Assembly: GCA_028702835.1 (NCBI GenBank)
Contig: JAQVOB010000001.1
Span: 1 to 56,533, forward strand
Direction of reading: 5' to 3'
DNA from: Candidatus Methanomethylophilaceae archaeon
Lineage (GTDB): Archaea; Thermoplasmatota; Thermoplasmata; Methanomassiliicoccales; Methanomethylophilaceae
DNA length: 56,533 nt
The notes under the pieces were generated by a model that was not told the origin of the DNA, searched no databases, and saw only the letters and a program-made list of their open reading frames with translations. A program made the position numbers and the translations under genes. The first letter of the stretch is position 1. Every line of letters begins with the position of its first letter. Shown here piece after piece: positions 1-8,384 of the stretch.

Positions 1-60
1 TTCGAACCCTTGGCCGATCGATTAAGAGTCGATCGCTCTACCTAGCTGAGCTACAGGCCC
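1..60 (-). tRNA. tRNA-Lys (anticodon CUU), 3' part cut by window edge
   Basis: Reverse complement of 1-60 reads GGGCCTGTAGCTCAGCTAGGTAGAGCGATCGACTCTTAATCGATCGG..GGGTTCGAA. This gives the acceptor 5' arm, the D-arm, an anticodon stem ATCGA/TCGAT with loop CTCTTAA (anticodon CTT), and the start of the T-arm. Confidence 0.85.
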
Positions 61-167
61 GTTCAGGTGTCGCCAAACATCCTTCAGATATAAATATTAT
101 CTGACATTCGCCGCTCTGAATGTTTTGTTCCATAACAAATATAACTCCATTCTGCGATGGACGGGCA

Positions 168-659
168 ATGGGACTCAGGATAAGGGATATAATGACGACC
201 CAGGTGGTGACACTGCTTGGGACGGACACGGTCAGGGATGCGACCATATGCTTCGCGGTGGACAACGTATCGGGTGCACCGGTGGTCGACGAGGATTACA
301 GGCTCGTCGGGATAATCAGCGAGATAGACATACTGGGACTTATAGTCAAGTACGAGAAGATGCTCAACCGCCAAGGCTCGGCCAGTCACATCCTGAACGT
401 TCCCATGGACAAGGTCAATGACGAGGATGAGCAGCTCAACGCCATAGTCCATGAGATATCGGAGACCAAGGTCTATGAGATAATGAGCAAGACCGTTCTG
501 ACCACATCGCCGGACGCGAAGATCATGGAGGTCCTCAAGGTGATGATCGATTTGGATATCAACAGGGTCCCCGTTCTGGAGAAAGGGGTCCTGGTAGGGA
601 TAGTCACCAGAGGCGACATCATATTCTCCATATACAAGAGAAAGGTCCGGGACGATTAG
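168..659 (+). CDS. CBS-domain pair protein
   Basis: Two CBS-like repeats (IMTTQVVTL..GAPVVDEDYRLVGIISEIDIL and IMSKTVLTTSP..NRVPVLEKGVLVGIVTRGDII). The ATG at 168 lies about 25 nt after TATA-like aacaaatataa. The ORF track also allows a start at 120. Confidence 0.8.
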   Translation: MGLRIRDIMTTQVVTLLGTDTVRDATICFAVDNVSGAPVVDEDYRLVGIISEIDILGLIVKYEKMLNRQGSASHILNVPMDKVNDEDEQLNAIVHEISETKVYEIMSKTVLTTSPDAKIMEVLKVMIDLDINRVPVLEKGVLVGIVTRGDIIFSIYKRKVRDD

Positions 660-663
660 GCAC

Positions 664-1422
664 ATGTTCGAGATGCACATCTTGGCCAGCGGGAGTGACG
701 GTAATTGCACTGTCCTCGTTTATGAGGACAGGGCGGTGATGATAGACGCAGGGCTGAGCTTCAAAGCAACATCGAAACTCATGAGCACCAACGGCATCGA
801 CCCTTCGTCGGTGGAGGCGCTGCTCATCACGCATGAGCACAGTGACCACGTGAAGGGGGCGGGCCCCGTGGCAAGAGCTTTGAATATACCTGTGATGTGC
901 AACAAAGCCACCTTCTGCTCTTCGAATATGGGCAAAGTCCTGTACTCGGAAACACAGACCATGGTCCCATTCACCGTTGCTGGCATAAGATTCACCCCGC
1001 TTCCCACATCCCATAATGCGATGGAGCCCAACGCATACATGGCGGAGGCCGGCGGTAAGAGGGTGCTGATAGCCACGGATACGGGGATGCTCACTCCCTC
1101 GGTGGAGGATGCGCTACGGATATCGGACGTTGCGATACTGGAATCCAATTACGATAAGTACATGCTGGACAACGGCCCGTACCCGATATACCTGCGCAGG
1201 CTGATAGAGAGTGACGTAGGCCATCTTTCGAACGTGGCATGCGCCGAGGCCCTGAAGAGGACCACTAACGGTATGAAACGCAAGATATTCCTGGCCCACC
1301 TTAGCAGGAAGAACAACACTCCCGATACCGCAAGGGAGACGGTTTCAAATCTTACAGGCACAAGACGAATGGAGCTGGATTGCCTGGAATTCGCCGGGGA
1401 TACGCGTATCCTCAGAGCGTGA
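664..1422 (+). CDS. Metallo-beta-lactamase fold hydrolase
   Basis: HxHxDH motif (LITHEHSDHVKG) after an N-terminal beta-strand region (ILASGSDGNCTVL). Starts 5 nt after the CBS gene stop. Confidence 0.8.
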   Translation: MFEMHILASGSDGNCTVLVYEDRAVMIDAGLSFKATSKLMSTNGIDPSSVEALLITHEHSDHVKGAGPVARALNIPVMCNKATFCSSNMGKVLYSETQTMVPFTVAGIRFTPLPTSHNAMEPNAYMAEAGGKRVLIATDTGMLTPSVEDALRISDVAILESNYDKYMLDNGPYPIYLRRLIESDVGHLSNVACAEALKRTTNGMKRKIFLAHLSRKNNTPDTARETVSNLTGTRRMELDCLEFAGDTRILRA

Positions 1423-2098
1423 TCTCTATTATCTCTGCTTTATCCCGGTTCACGAGGGCGTGGGCCATTACGGCGGGCATCCTTACCACATCCTCCTTCT
1501 TGAGATCGTAATCCCTGTCCGGGCCTGAGAATCTCGGCAGGTCCTCGAGAACGCGTATTATGACAGTATCGTCAGTATGGATATCTTCGTGCGTTTCCTG
1601 CGGCGGTTCCGGCTCCGTCTCGAAGACGGGCTCGTCCGTCTGCTCCACCTCGGGAGGCATCTCCTCCTCTTCCGCGGAAGGGACATCGGGAGCAGCCGCA
1701 ACGGTTATGTCCGGAACCACTGCCCTGGTCCTCTTGTCGACAATGGTCCAGTGCATGGCGGCAGCCTCCATGGTGCCGTCATGGAATCTCCTTTCTTCGA
1801 GGGTGAGCAGCTGAACCGGGTTGTTCGTAGCTCCCATGGCGCTCCTGACGGCCATGTCCGCGATCTTCTTCATGCGGAGCTCGGTGACCATCTTCATGTA
1901 CTTCTGGATGTTCTTCTTCCGGGAGACGGCGCCGTCGAACATTATGGAATCCGGGTCCTTGCTTGCCAGCGCATCGCATCTGGCGACCTGCTCCTTGAAG
2001 AGCGCTATCATCGCGGGGTACAGATCCTTGCGCACTCCGGAGAGAGCGTTCGACCTGAGTTCCACGCTGTATATCGAGGTAAGCTCCTCGAAGGTCAT
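1412..2098 (-). CDS. GINS51-like replication factor with an acidic inter-domain linker (tentative)
   Basis: The N-terminal helical region (FEELTSIY..KDLYPAM..RMKKIADMA) and the C-terminal small domain (VIIRVLEDLPRFSGPDRDYDLKKEDVVRMPAVMAHALV) resemble the archaeal Gins51 A and B domains. The GTG at 2128 lies upstream of the predicted TATA (2139-2151), so I prefer the ATG at 2098. Confidence 0.5.
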   Translation of the reverse strand: MTFEELTSIYSVELRSNALSGVRKDLYPAMIALFKEQVARCDALASKDPDSIMFDGAVSRKKNIQKYMKMVTELRMKKIADMAVRSAMGATNNPVQLLTLEERRFHDGTMEAAAMHWTIVDKRTRAVVPDITVAAAPDVPSAEEEEMPPEVEQTDEPVFETEPEPPQETHEDIHTDDTVIIRVLEDLPRFSGPDRDYDLKKEDVVRMPAVMAHALVNRDKAEIIEITL

Positions 2099-2206
2099 CC
2101 TGTCGCTTGTTCCGGCCACGGTATTCACAACAAATCGGCTCTATTTGATGTTTGTCTATGGTATTTTCCGAAGCTCGAAACCATATTATGAGCGCCCGCC
2201 CATCGG

Positions 2207-2509
2207 GTGGGCATGGACTTCTCGGAAGCGGTCCGCCGTACGCCCAACGGGGCAGAGGCGGAACTGCTCGTCTCGCCGGGCTCGGACAGATCCGCTCTGG
2301 AAGGTGTCGACCCGTGGAGGAAGCGGATCATCGTGAGGGTGAGAGCGAAGCCTACGGAAGGGAAGGCCAACAGGGAAGTGGAGGAGCTGATATCCGGGAT
2401 AACAGGGTGCAGGGCAGAGGTGGTCAGAGGTCACACCAGCAGGCAGAAGACCGTTGCGATCCGTGGCGATCCGGATGCGATAATCCTTTCCCTCGGCGGG
2501 GCCCTATGA
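2207..2509 (+). CDS. DUF167 / YggU-family protein
   Basis: About 100 aa with the family pattern VRVRAKPTEGKAN..V..L......V.VVRGHTSRQKTV. A TATA-like ccatattatga lies about 20 nt upstream. Confidence 0.65.
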   Translation: MGMDFSEAVRRTPNGAEAELLVSPGSDRSALEGVDPWRKRIIVRVRAKPTEGKANREVEELISGITGCRAEVVRGHTSRQKTVAIRGDPDAIILSLGGAL

Positions 2510-2934
2510 ACGACTGCGATCGCCTGGATCAGCTGGCCTGGCTGATAGAGGATCTGTCCGATATGTCGGAGGGAAGCATAATCCTGATAGAGGGAAGGAA
2601 GGACAGGGAGGCCCTGGACTTTCTCAAGATAGCTGCAGAATCCATCGAGGTGCAGAAGGAGGGCGGCCCCCGGAGAGCCGCCGAAAGGGTCTATGAGTCG
2701 GGCAAGGAAGCCATAATCCTCACGGATTGGGACAGCAAAGGCGATGAGATAGCCAAGAGCCTGGAACAGAATTTGTATTCCCTGGGGATTCGCTACGATA
2801 CGGATATGCGGGATAAGCTAAGGGCTCTGTGCATTAAGGATGTGAAGGATATCCAGAGCCTTCCGAGCCTTTACAGGAGATTGGAATATATATGCGGACG
2901 CCCGCCGCAAAAAAGATTACGGAGCAGGTTATAG
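2506..2934 (+). CDS. Small Toprim-domain protein
   Basis: IILIEGRKDREAL (Toprim Glu) and AIILTDWDSKGDEIA (DxD-like) motifs. ATGA overlap with the DUF167 stop. The ORF part upstream of 2506 overlaps DUF167 and is R/G-rich. Confidence 0.6.
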   Translation: MNDCDRLDQLAWLIEDLSDMSEGSIILIEGRKDREALDFLKIAAESIEVQKEGGPRRAAERVYESGKEAIILTDWDSKGDEIAKSLEQNLYSLGIRYDTDMRDKLRALCIKDVKDIQSLPSLYRRLEYICGRPPQKRLRSRL

Positions 2935-3518
2935 GTAGGACTGGTGAGCAAGTGTTCGTCGTCATTGAAGGCATAGACGGTACAGGTAAGACGACCCTCT
3001 GCCGTTTTCTCGAAGAGAAGCTGATCCAGGAGGGGCATGAGGTCGTTACGACGGCTGAGCCGACGGACGGGCCCATAGGTGAGCTCATCCGGAGGCGTGG
3101 ATTCGACCCGAAGGCGGAGGCTTTGCTCTTCGCCGCAGACCGGTCATGCCACACCGCAGATATAGAGAAGTGGCTTTCCCAGGGGAAAGTGGTCATATCC
3201 GACAGATATTACGTATCCTCCCTGGCTTATCAGAGTGCGTCCAGCGAGGATCTGGCGGAATGGGTCGCGGCCATAAACGAGCCTGTCATAAGAGAACCTG
3301 ACATAACCGTCGTGCTCGACATAGATCCCGCCGAAGGCCTGAACCGCATATCGTCCAGAGGAGAGAACAGCAGGTTCGAGGCCGTAGGGTACCTCACCCG
3401 GGTGCGGGAGAACTATCTGCGCATAGCCGGGGAGAAAGGCTACCCGGTTATGGACGCGTCCAGGGACAGGAAGGAGACTCTGGCCGAGATAATGAAGATG
3501 ATCAGAAAGGAGGATTGA
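2892..3518 (+). CDS. tmk: Thymidylate kinase
   Basis: P-loop VVIEGIDGTGKTT, DRYYVSSLAYQ motif, length about 200 aa. Alternative GTG start at 2952 (MFVVIEG..). Confidence 0.85.
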   Translation: MRTPAAKKITEQVIGRTGEQVFVVIEGIDGTGKTTLCRFLEEKLIQEGHEVVTTAEPTDGPIGELIRRRGFDPKAEALLFAADRSCHTADIEKWLSQGKVVISDRYYVSSLAYQSASSEDLAEWVAAINEPVIREPDITVVLDIDPAEGLNRISSRGENSRFEAVGYLTRVRENYLRIAGEKGYPVMDASRDRKETLAEIMKMIRKED

Positions 3519-3524
3519 TGAGAG

Positions 3525-4706
3525 ATGCATCCGGCTGAGGAGATATACTGCGAGAAGAGCAGCAAGCTTAGAGGGAAGACTGTGGTAATAGGCATAACAG
3601 GCAGCATAGCCGCCACAGAGTGCTTCTCCACCGTAAGGGAGCTGATCAGGCACGGGGCCAAGGTGATCGTTGCCATGTCCGAGGCGGCAACGAAGATGGT
3701 GGCCCCCCAGGCCATGGAGTTCGCCAGCGGCAATCCTGTGATAACGGAGCTGACGGGGAATGCGGAGCATGTCTCTCTCTTCGGAGAGGGGTCCGAGGCC
3801 GATGCGCTGATAATCTATCCCGCGACGGCCAACACCATATCGAAGATAGCCAACGGGATAGATGACGGCACGGTCACGTCAATGGCCACGGTGGCCATAG
3901 GCCACGGCCTGCCGGTGGCGGTGGCACCCGCTATGCACGATGCCATGTACAGGAACCCCGGGGTTGCCAAGAATGTCCTGACGCTGAGGGAATGGGGTGT
4001 CTCAATGATCGGACCGAACACCGACGGTCCCAGGGCGAAGGTCGCATCCAGGGAGGAAGTGGTCGCATGGGTGACCAGGATGCTGTCCAAGGACGACCTC
4101 GTAGGCAAGAGGATACTTGTCATAGGAGGACGCTCGGAGGAGCCGATAGACTCAATGCGGATCATAACGAACCGCTCCACAGGCCTGATGTCCGTGCGCA
4201 TAGCCGAGAGGGCCTTCGAGCGCGGTGCAGAGGTGGAGCTGTGGATGGGAGGATGCTCAGTGCCGCTTCCTGATTACATAGATACCAAACGTTTCGCCAA
4301 GGTCACGGAGCTGGTGAGCATGGTGAAAGGCATAGATCATGATGTGGTCATAGTCCCGGCGGCCCTGGCGGACTTCACTCCCGGGGAGGAGTACGCGGGG
4401 AAGATGCCAAGCGATAAGGGTTTCAGTATGAAGCTGACGCCCGTCCCCAAAGTTCTGCCCCTGATAAGGGAGAGATGCGATACCGTCATAGGTTTCAAAG
4501 CGGAATCAGGACTTACGAAGAAGGCCCTGGCGGCACGTGCCAGGGAGAGGCTGGAGGCCTATGATCTGACGGCAGTTGTGGCTAACGACATAGACTCCGC
4601 AGGCAAAACATCCGCATCTGTCATACTCGTCTCCGCAAAGGGCGAGAAGGACATAACCGGCACCAAAGAGAGCATAGCCAACAGCATACTCGACATCTGC
4701 TCATGA
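3525..4706 (+). CDS. coaBC: Bifunctional phosphopantothenoylcysteine decarboxylase / phosphopantothenate-cysteine ligase
   Basis: N-terminal flavoprotein motif (VVIGITGSIAA, PATANTISKIANGI) plus a C-terminal DFP ligase domain (ITNRSTG, ALADF). 393 aa. Confidence 0.88.
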   Translation: MHPAEEIYCEKSSKLRGKTVVIGITGSIAATECFSTVRELIRHGAKVIVAMSEAATKMVAPQAMEFASGNPVITELTGNAEHVSLFGEGSEADALIIYPATANTISKIANGIDDGTVTSMATVAIGHGLPVAVAPAMHDAMYRNPGVAKNVLTLREWGVSMIGPNTDGPRAKVASREEVVAWVTRMLSKDDLVGKRILVIGGRSEEPIDSMRIITNRSTGLMSVRIAERAFERGAEVELWMGGCSVPLPDYIDTKRFAKVTELVSMVKGIDHDVVIVPAALADFTPGEEYAGKMPSDKGFSMKLTPVPKVLPLIRERCDTVIGFKAESGLTKKALAARARERLEAYDLTAVVANDIDSAGKTSASVILVSAKGEKDITGTKESIANSILDICS

Positions 4707-5545
4707 CCGAATCCTTCTGCCCGGGTCATATCACGTTGTTCTTCTCGCCGCGTAGGACGGGAGATATACTCAGGTCCGGTTCAATCGGCGCAGGCATCAA
4801 GACCGCTCTGGGAGCGAAGGTCGCGGTGGAGGAAAGAAGGGATTCCCGCGTCTCCATCCTGTTGGACGGTGCGGAAAGCGATGCTCCCGTAACGGCCGCT
4901 GCCGTGGCAGCGCTTGCTCCCGGGAGGGGATTCGATATCAGCATCGAATGCGGACTGCCGGTCAGTCAAGGTTTCGGGATGTCCGCGGCCGGGACCATAG
5001 CGGCCGGGACATGCGTATGCAGCATCGTCGGAAGGGACCCATACGAGGCGTTCCCGGCGGCCCATGTCGCCGAGATAGAGAACGGCGGTGGTCTCGGGGA
5101 TGTTGCAGCCATAATGTGCCAGGGGCACCAGCCCACAAGGGAATCTGCAGGTCTCCCTCCACACGGCAAGGTGACTGATTCGGGCCTGAAGTTCGATCTG
5201 ACCATTGCGGTAGTGGGGCCGCCCATATCCACGTCCAGGATCCTCTCCGATCCCTTGACAGAGGCAAGGATCAAAGGCAGCGGCGACCGATGTCTCAGGT
5301 CCTATGTCAATAACAGGACGGAGAGCAGCTTGTTCTCCTTGGCCCGCGAGTTCTCCCATGCTGCGGGGCTCGAATCCGCTGCGGTGACGGAAGCGCTCAG
5401 GCTTCTACCTGGAAGATCGGCCATGTGCATGCTCGGTCACAGTATCATCACCACTGCATCCGCGGAAGAGGTCCGGGAGATCCTTCCGGAAGCCGCGATA
5501 TACGAATCGGCATCATTCGGCGGTTCCGTCATTCGAAAAGGGTGA
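4703..5545 (+). CDS. Pantoate kinase (archaeal GHMP-kinase type)
   Basis: N-terminal CPGHITLFF and GHMP motif PVSQGFGMSAAG. ATGA overlap with coaBC, matching the archaeal CoA pathway context. Confidence 0.7.
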   Translation: MTESFCPGHITLFFSPRRTGDILRSGSIGAGIKTALGAKVAVEERRDSRVSILLDGAESDAPVTAAAVAALAPGRGFDISIECGLPVSQGFGMSAAGTIAAGTCVCSIVGRDPYEAFPAAHVAEIENGGGLGDVAAIMCQGHQPTRESAGLPPHGKVTDSGLKFDLTIAVVGPPISTSRILSDPLTEARIKGSGDRCLRSYVNNRTESSLFSLAREFSHAAGLESAAVTEALRLLPGRSAMCMLGHSIITTASAEEVREILPEAAIYESASFGGSVIRKG

Positions 5546-5822
5546 ATAGCCTGTCGTCACCGTCGACATCCCAGAGACCTATCCGCGCTCCGCAGTCCAG
5601 CCACCCGTGGGCGTAGTTGACCGCAGCGAACGCATTCACCAGGTCCCCTTCGCTCCTGAAGTGCTTTGCATCATTGTAGTATGAATGTGCCATGTTGAGG
5701 AAATCATCTGCCAGCCTTTTGTTGAAGGACCTATCCGGAGCTACGACCTTCAGCTTGGTTAAGGCCTCGTTCGTTATGCTGAGGTATCTGTCGATCTTCT
5801 CCTCGGTTATCCTGTCAATCAT
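5529..5822 (-). CDS. DUF357-family small archaeal protein
   Basis: 97 aa with Y..DAKHF...GD..NAF.A..YAHGWLD.G, as I recall for DUF357. The start overlaps the upstream ATPase stop by 8 nt (ATGATTGA). Confidence 0.55.
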   Translation of the reverse strand: MIDRITEEKIDRYLSITNEALTKLKVVAPDRSFNKRLADDFLNMAHSYYNDAKHFRSEGDLVNAFAAVNYAHGWLDCGARIGLWDVDGDDRLFTLFE

Positions 5823-7422
5823 CCGATATCACCTTCACACCCGTTCCGCCGTGCCTGCTCTCCCTGGGCCTGACATCCACCAGCAGCGGTGTCTGTATCC
5901 CGGCTCCGACGACCATCGCCATGCCTATGGGCATTGTCTGGACCTCATCCATCATCCCTGCGGTCAGCCCCTCCACGGATGCTGATATGGCCTTCACGTC
6001 GTTGGGGTTCGTCACCTTGAGTATGATCTGCGTCCCGCACTGGCTCAGCACGTTCTTGTCTATCTTAGCGGGTCTTTGGCTTATAACCGTTAGTCCCAGT
6101 CCGAACTTCCTGCCCTCAGAGGCTATAGTGGAAAGCGCCTTCGATGAGAGGGCGGTGCCGACCTGCGGACAGTAGTTGTGGGCCTCCTCGATGACCATCA
6201 TCATGGGCGGGACAGCATCCTGCTTCCTCATCTCGAACATTATGGTGCTCAGCCTCCTGACTATGAGCTCCTGTATATCCGGAGGTACCCCTTTGAGATT
6301 GATTATTGTCGTCTTCCCCTTCTCCACCAGCTCGGAGACCTTGTTCCCGAGGGTGGCGAATATGCCGATCTCGTCCAGGTATTCCAGCTCGTTAATCAGA
6401 ACAGCGCTCTTGTTATCCGTTTCCAACGAAAGCAGCACATCGATAAGATCCCTCAGAGAATAGATCTCCTGGTGCTCCCTCAGTGCATCTATCGCTCTCT
6501 TGAGGGTCGTAAGGTAAGAGCGCACATCGTTCGTCCGGGTCAGTTCCAGTAGCTCCCTGGCTTCCAGGGCCCTCAGGGTGAATCTCAACGATCTTATGTT
6601 TGGGTCGTCGTTTTTGAGGACCGAGAATTCCCGGATCTTGTCCGCGTAGCCTCTGGGGACAACCCCGAAACGGGGATCGCCCACCTTCCCCATATCCCTC
6701 ATGGCTCCGTACTCCCCGTGGGGATCGATGATCATGGTGGTCACGTCCCTCTTCATCATCTCCTCGATGATGTCGCCGGACATGTAGCTCTTGCCGCCCC
6801 CGGTCTTGGCGAGTATGCAGACGTGCTTCTGCAGCAGCTCGTTAATATCCAATGTAACTGGAAGATCGTGCCCGTGCAGCAACCCGATGTACCCGCCAAC
6901 CTTTGTGTTGTTCCTGAGGCCCAGAACGCTCTGCACCAGTTTCCCGCTGGCCCTGCAGACATCCGCTCCGGCCTTGAAGGTGGTTCTGGGGACCTGGAGC
7001 AGATTGTTGGAGTCCCTGTACCCGATGACGTCGATCTGGGCGCTGACCATCTCATCGATAACAGTATTCTCGTTCAGGTTAGCGCTCTTCTCCAAAGTCA
7101 GGTCTGTCTTCCTGATCAGAGTCCCCACCTGGCACAGCACCCATCCGTAATCTGGGTGCTCTGCCATGACATATTCGGATTTCTCGAGATGTGCGATCAC
7201 TCTGCAGTTGAAGGTGGACGTGCCTACGTTACCGTATATGGTACCAACAACTTCGCAGTCGTTCCTGGCCTGGACCTGCGGCCCCCTCTCCTTCTGTGCC
7301 GGAGGAGCACACGCGACGCCGTTGGAGGCTACCACCTTTGCCACGCTGTACGATCTCACCAGTCTGTCGGAGGGTCTCTCGATACCGGTGCCCTCGGCCC
7401 CGTTGTTACCCTGCATTTGCAT
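5815..7422 (-). CDS. HerA-like / DUF87 hexameric ATPase
   Basis: Walker A ILAKTGGGKSY, Walker B MMMVIEEAHNY, and a C-terminal SQRP motif (VISQRPAKI). The ATG at 7422 lies about 29 nt after TATA ggatataatc (7447-7456), so the GTG at 7446 is unlikely. Confidence 0.8.
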   Translation of the reverse strand: MQMQGNNGAEGTGIERPSDRLVRSYSVAKVVASNGVACAPPAQKERGPQVQARNDCEVVGTIYGNVGTSTFNCRVIAHLEKSEYVMAEHPDYGWVLCQVGTLIRKTDLTLEKSANLNENTVIDEMVSAQIDVIGYRDSNNLLQVPRTTFKAGADVCRASGKLVQSVLGLRNNTKVGGYIGLLHGHDLPVTLDINELLQKHVCILAKTGGGKSYMSGDIIEEMMKRDVTTMIIDPHGEYGAMRDMGKVGDPRFGVVPRGYADKIREFSVLKNDDPNIRSLRFTLRALEARELLELTRTNDVRSYLTTLKRAIDALREHQEIYSLRDLIDVLLSLETDNKSAVLINELEYLDEIGIFATLGNKVSELVEKGKTTIINLKGVPPDIQELIVRRLSTIMFEMRKQDAVPPMMMVIEEAHNYCPQVGTALSSKALSTIASEGRKFGLGLTVISQRPAKIDKNVLSQCGTQIILKVTNPNDVKAISASVEGLTAGMMDEVQTMPIGMAMVVGAGIQTPLLVDVRPRESRHGGTGVKVISDD

Positions 7423-7446
7423 CCCGATATGAGATAAGGGGAGCAC

Positions 7447-7505
7447 GATTATATCCTTTGCCGAAAGGGTCGCCGTTGCACGTGTGCGTTAGGTATAATA
7501 AAAAG
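7447..7505. promoter_or_regulatory. Divergent promoter region with two TATA-like boxes
   Basis: gattatatcc (7447-7456, read on the minus strand) sits about 29 nt before the ATPase ATG. ggtataataaaaag (7492-7505) sits about 26 nt before the prs ATG at 7524. Both transcripts would be leaderless. Confidence 0.45.
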
Positions 7506-7523
7506 CACGCGTTACTCAGCAGC

Positions 7524-8384
7524 ATGATAGTCGTGGGAGGTTCCTCGTCAAGGGACCTGGCGAAAGAATTGGCCGGAATTCTTGGGTGCAAATACATACA
7601 GGCGGCGACAACGAGATTCCCAGACGGGGAATGCTACACGAGGATAGACAGCGACAATCTGGATGATGATGTCGTGATCGTGCAGAATACCTATCCGGAC
7701 GGCAACCTTGTGGAGATGTTCCTATTGCAGGACGCCGTTCACAGGATGGGCGCCAAGACGATAACCCTGGTCATCCCATACTTCGGGTACGCCAGGCAGG
7801 ACCGGGTCTTCAGGCCCGGGGAGCCGGAGAGCGCCAAGGTGATGTCCAAGCGCCTCGCCATGCTCGCCGACCGCGTGATAACGGTGGATATACACAAAGA
7901 GGACGTTCTCAGGTTCTTCGACTGCGAGACCAAGGACGTGAAGGCCTCATCGGCGATAGCCGATTACTTCAAAGAGAGGGACGTCGACATAGTCCTGTCC
8001 CCGGATCTGGGAGCCAAGGACAGGGCAAAGGAGGTCGGTGTCAGGATGGGCAAGCCTTACGATCACTTGGAGAAGACCCGCATATCAGGCACAGAGGTGT
8101 CGATAAAGCCCTCGAAGTCCAACTGCAAAGGTAAGAATGTGCTCATAGTCGATGACATAATCGCCACAGGCGGCACCATAATAGCCGCAGCGGCCCAGCT
8201 TAAGAAGGAAGGAGTCAAGAACGTTTACGTGGCGTGCACGCACGGCGTCTTCGTTGATGGTGCCGTTCAGAAGCTTACGGGCAGCTCCCTTGACGGAGTG
8301 CTCTGCTGCAACACCTTGGAGAACGAGCTGTCCCACATATCCGTGGCCCCGATCATCGCCGAAGCGCTGAAATCCAAGCGGTGA
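7524..8384 (+). CDS. prs: Ribose-phosphate pyrophosphokinase
   Basis: RFPDGE, YFGYARQDR and the PRPP-binding loop VLIVDDIIATGGT. The ORF part upstream of 7524 overlaps the divergent gene. Confidence 0.9.
   Translation: MIVVGGSSSRDLAKELAGILGCKYIQAATTRFPDGECYTRIDSDNLDDDVVIVQNTYPDGNLVEMFLLQDAVHRMGAKTITLVIPYFGYARQDRVFRPGEPESAKVMSKRLAMLADRVITVDIHKEDVLRFFDCETKDVKASSAIADYFKERDVDIVLSPDLGAKDRAKEVGVRMGKPYDHLEKTRISGTEVSIKPSKSNCKGKNVLIVDDIIATGGTIIAAAAQLKKEGVKNVYVACTHGVFVDGAVQKLTGSSLDGVLCCNTLENELSHISVAPIIAEALKSKR

Noticed and set aside
86-104. Palindrome-like CAGATATAAATATTATCTG between tRNA-Lys and the CBS gene, as a regulatory operator.
   Set aside because: It sits at the distance expected for the tRNA-Lys TATA box (about 25-35 nt upstream of position 60). 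AT-rich TATA regions are often pseudo-palindromic, and nothing supports anything beyond a promoter.
657-659. Possible pyrrolysine (TAG) recoding or read-through, considered because of the putative methylotrophic-methanogen affiliation. Other TAG stops are at 2932-2934 and 34340-34342.
   Set aside because: Each TAG ends a full-length protein at the expected family length. It is followed within a few nt by the next gene start or a promoter. No ORF continues in frame into a recognisable domain.
2152-2505. N-terminal extension of the Toprim ORF. Analogous upstream extensions occur for prs (7296-7523), purL (11641-11712), purQ (13995-14033), PAN (18637-18735), carS (31833-31931) and the HAD gene (33494-33565).
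   Set aside because: The extensions overlap the preceding gene or promoter and are compositionally odd. Internal ATGs give canonical family N-termini and typical ATGA or short stop/start overlaps.
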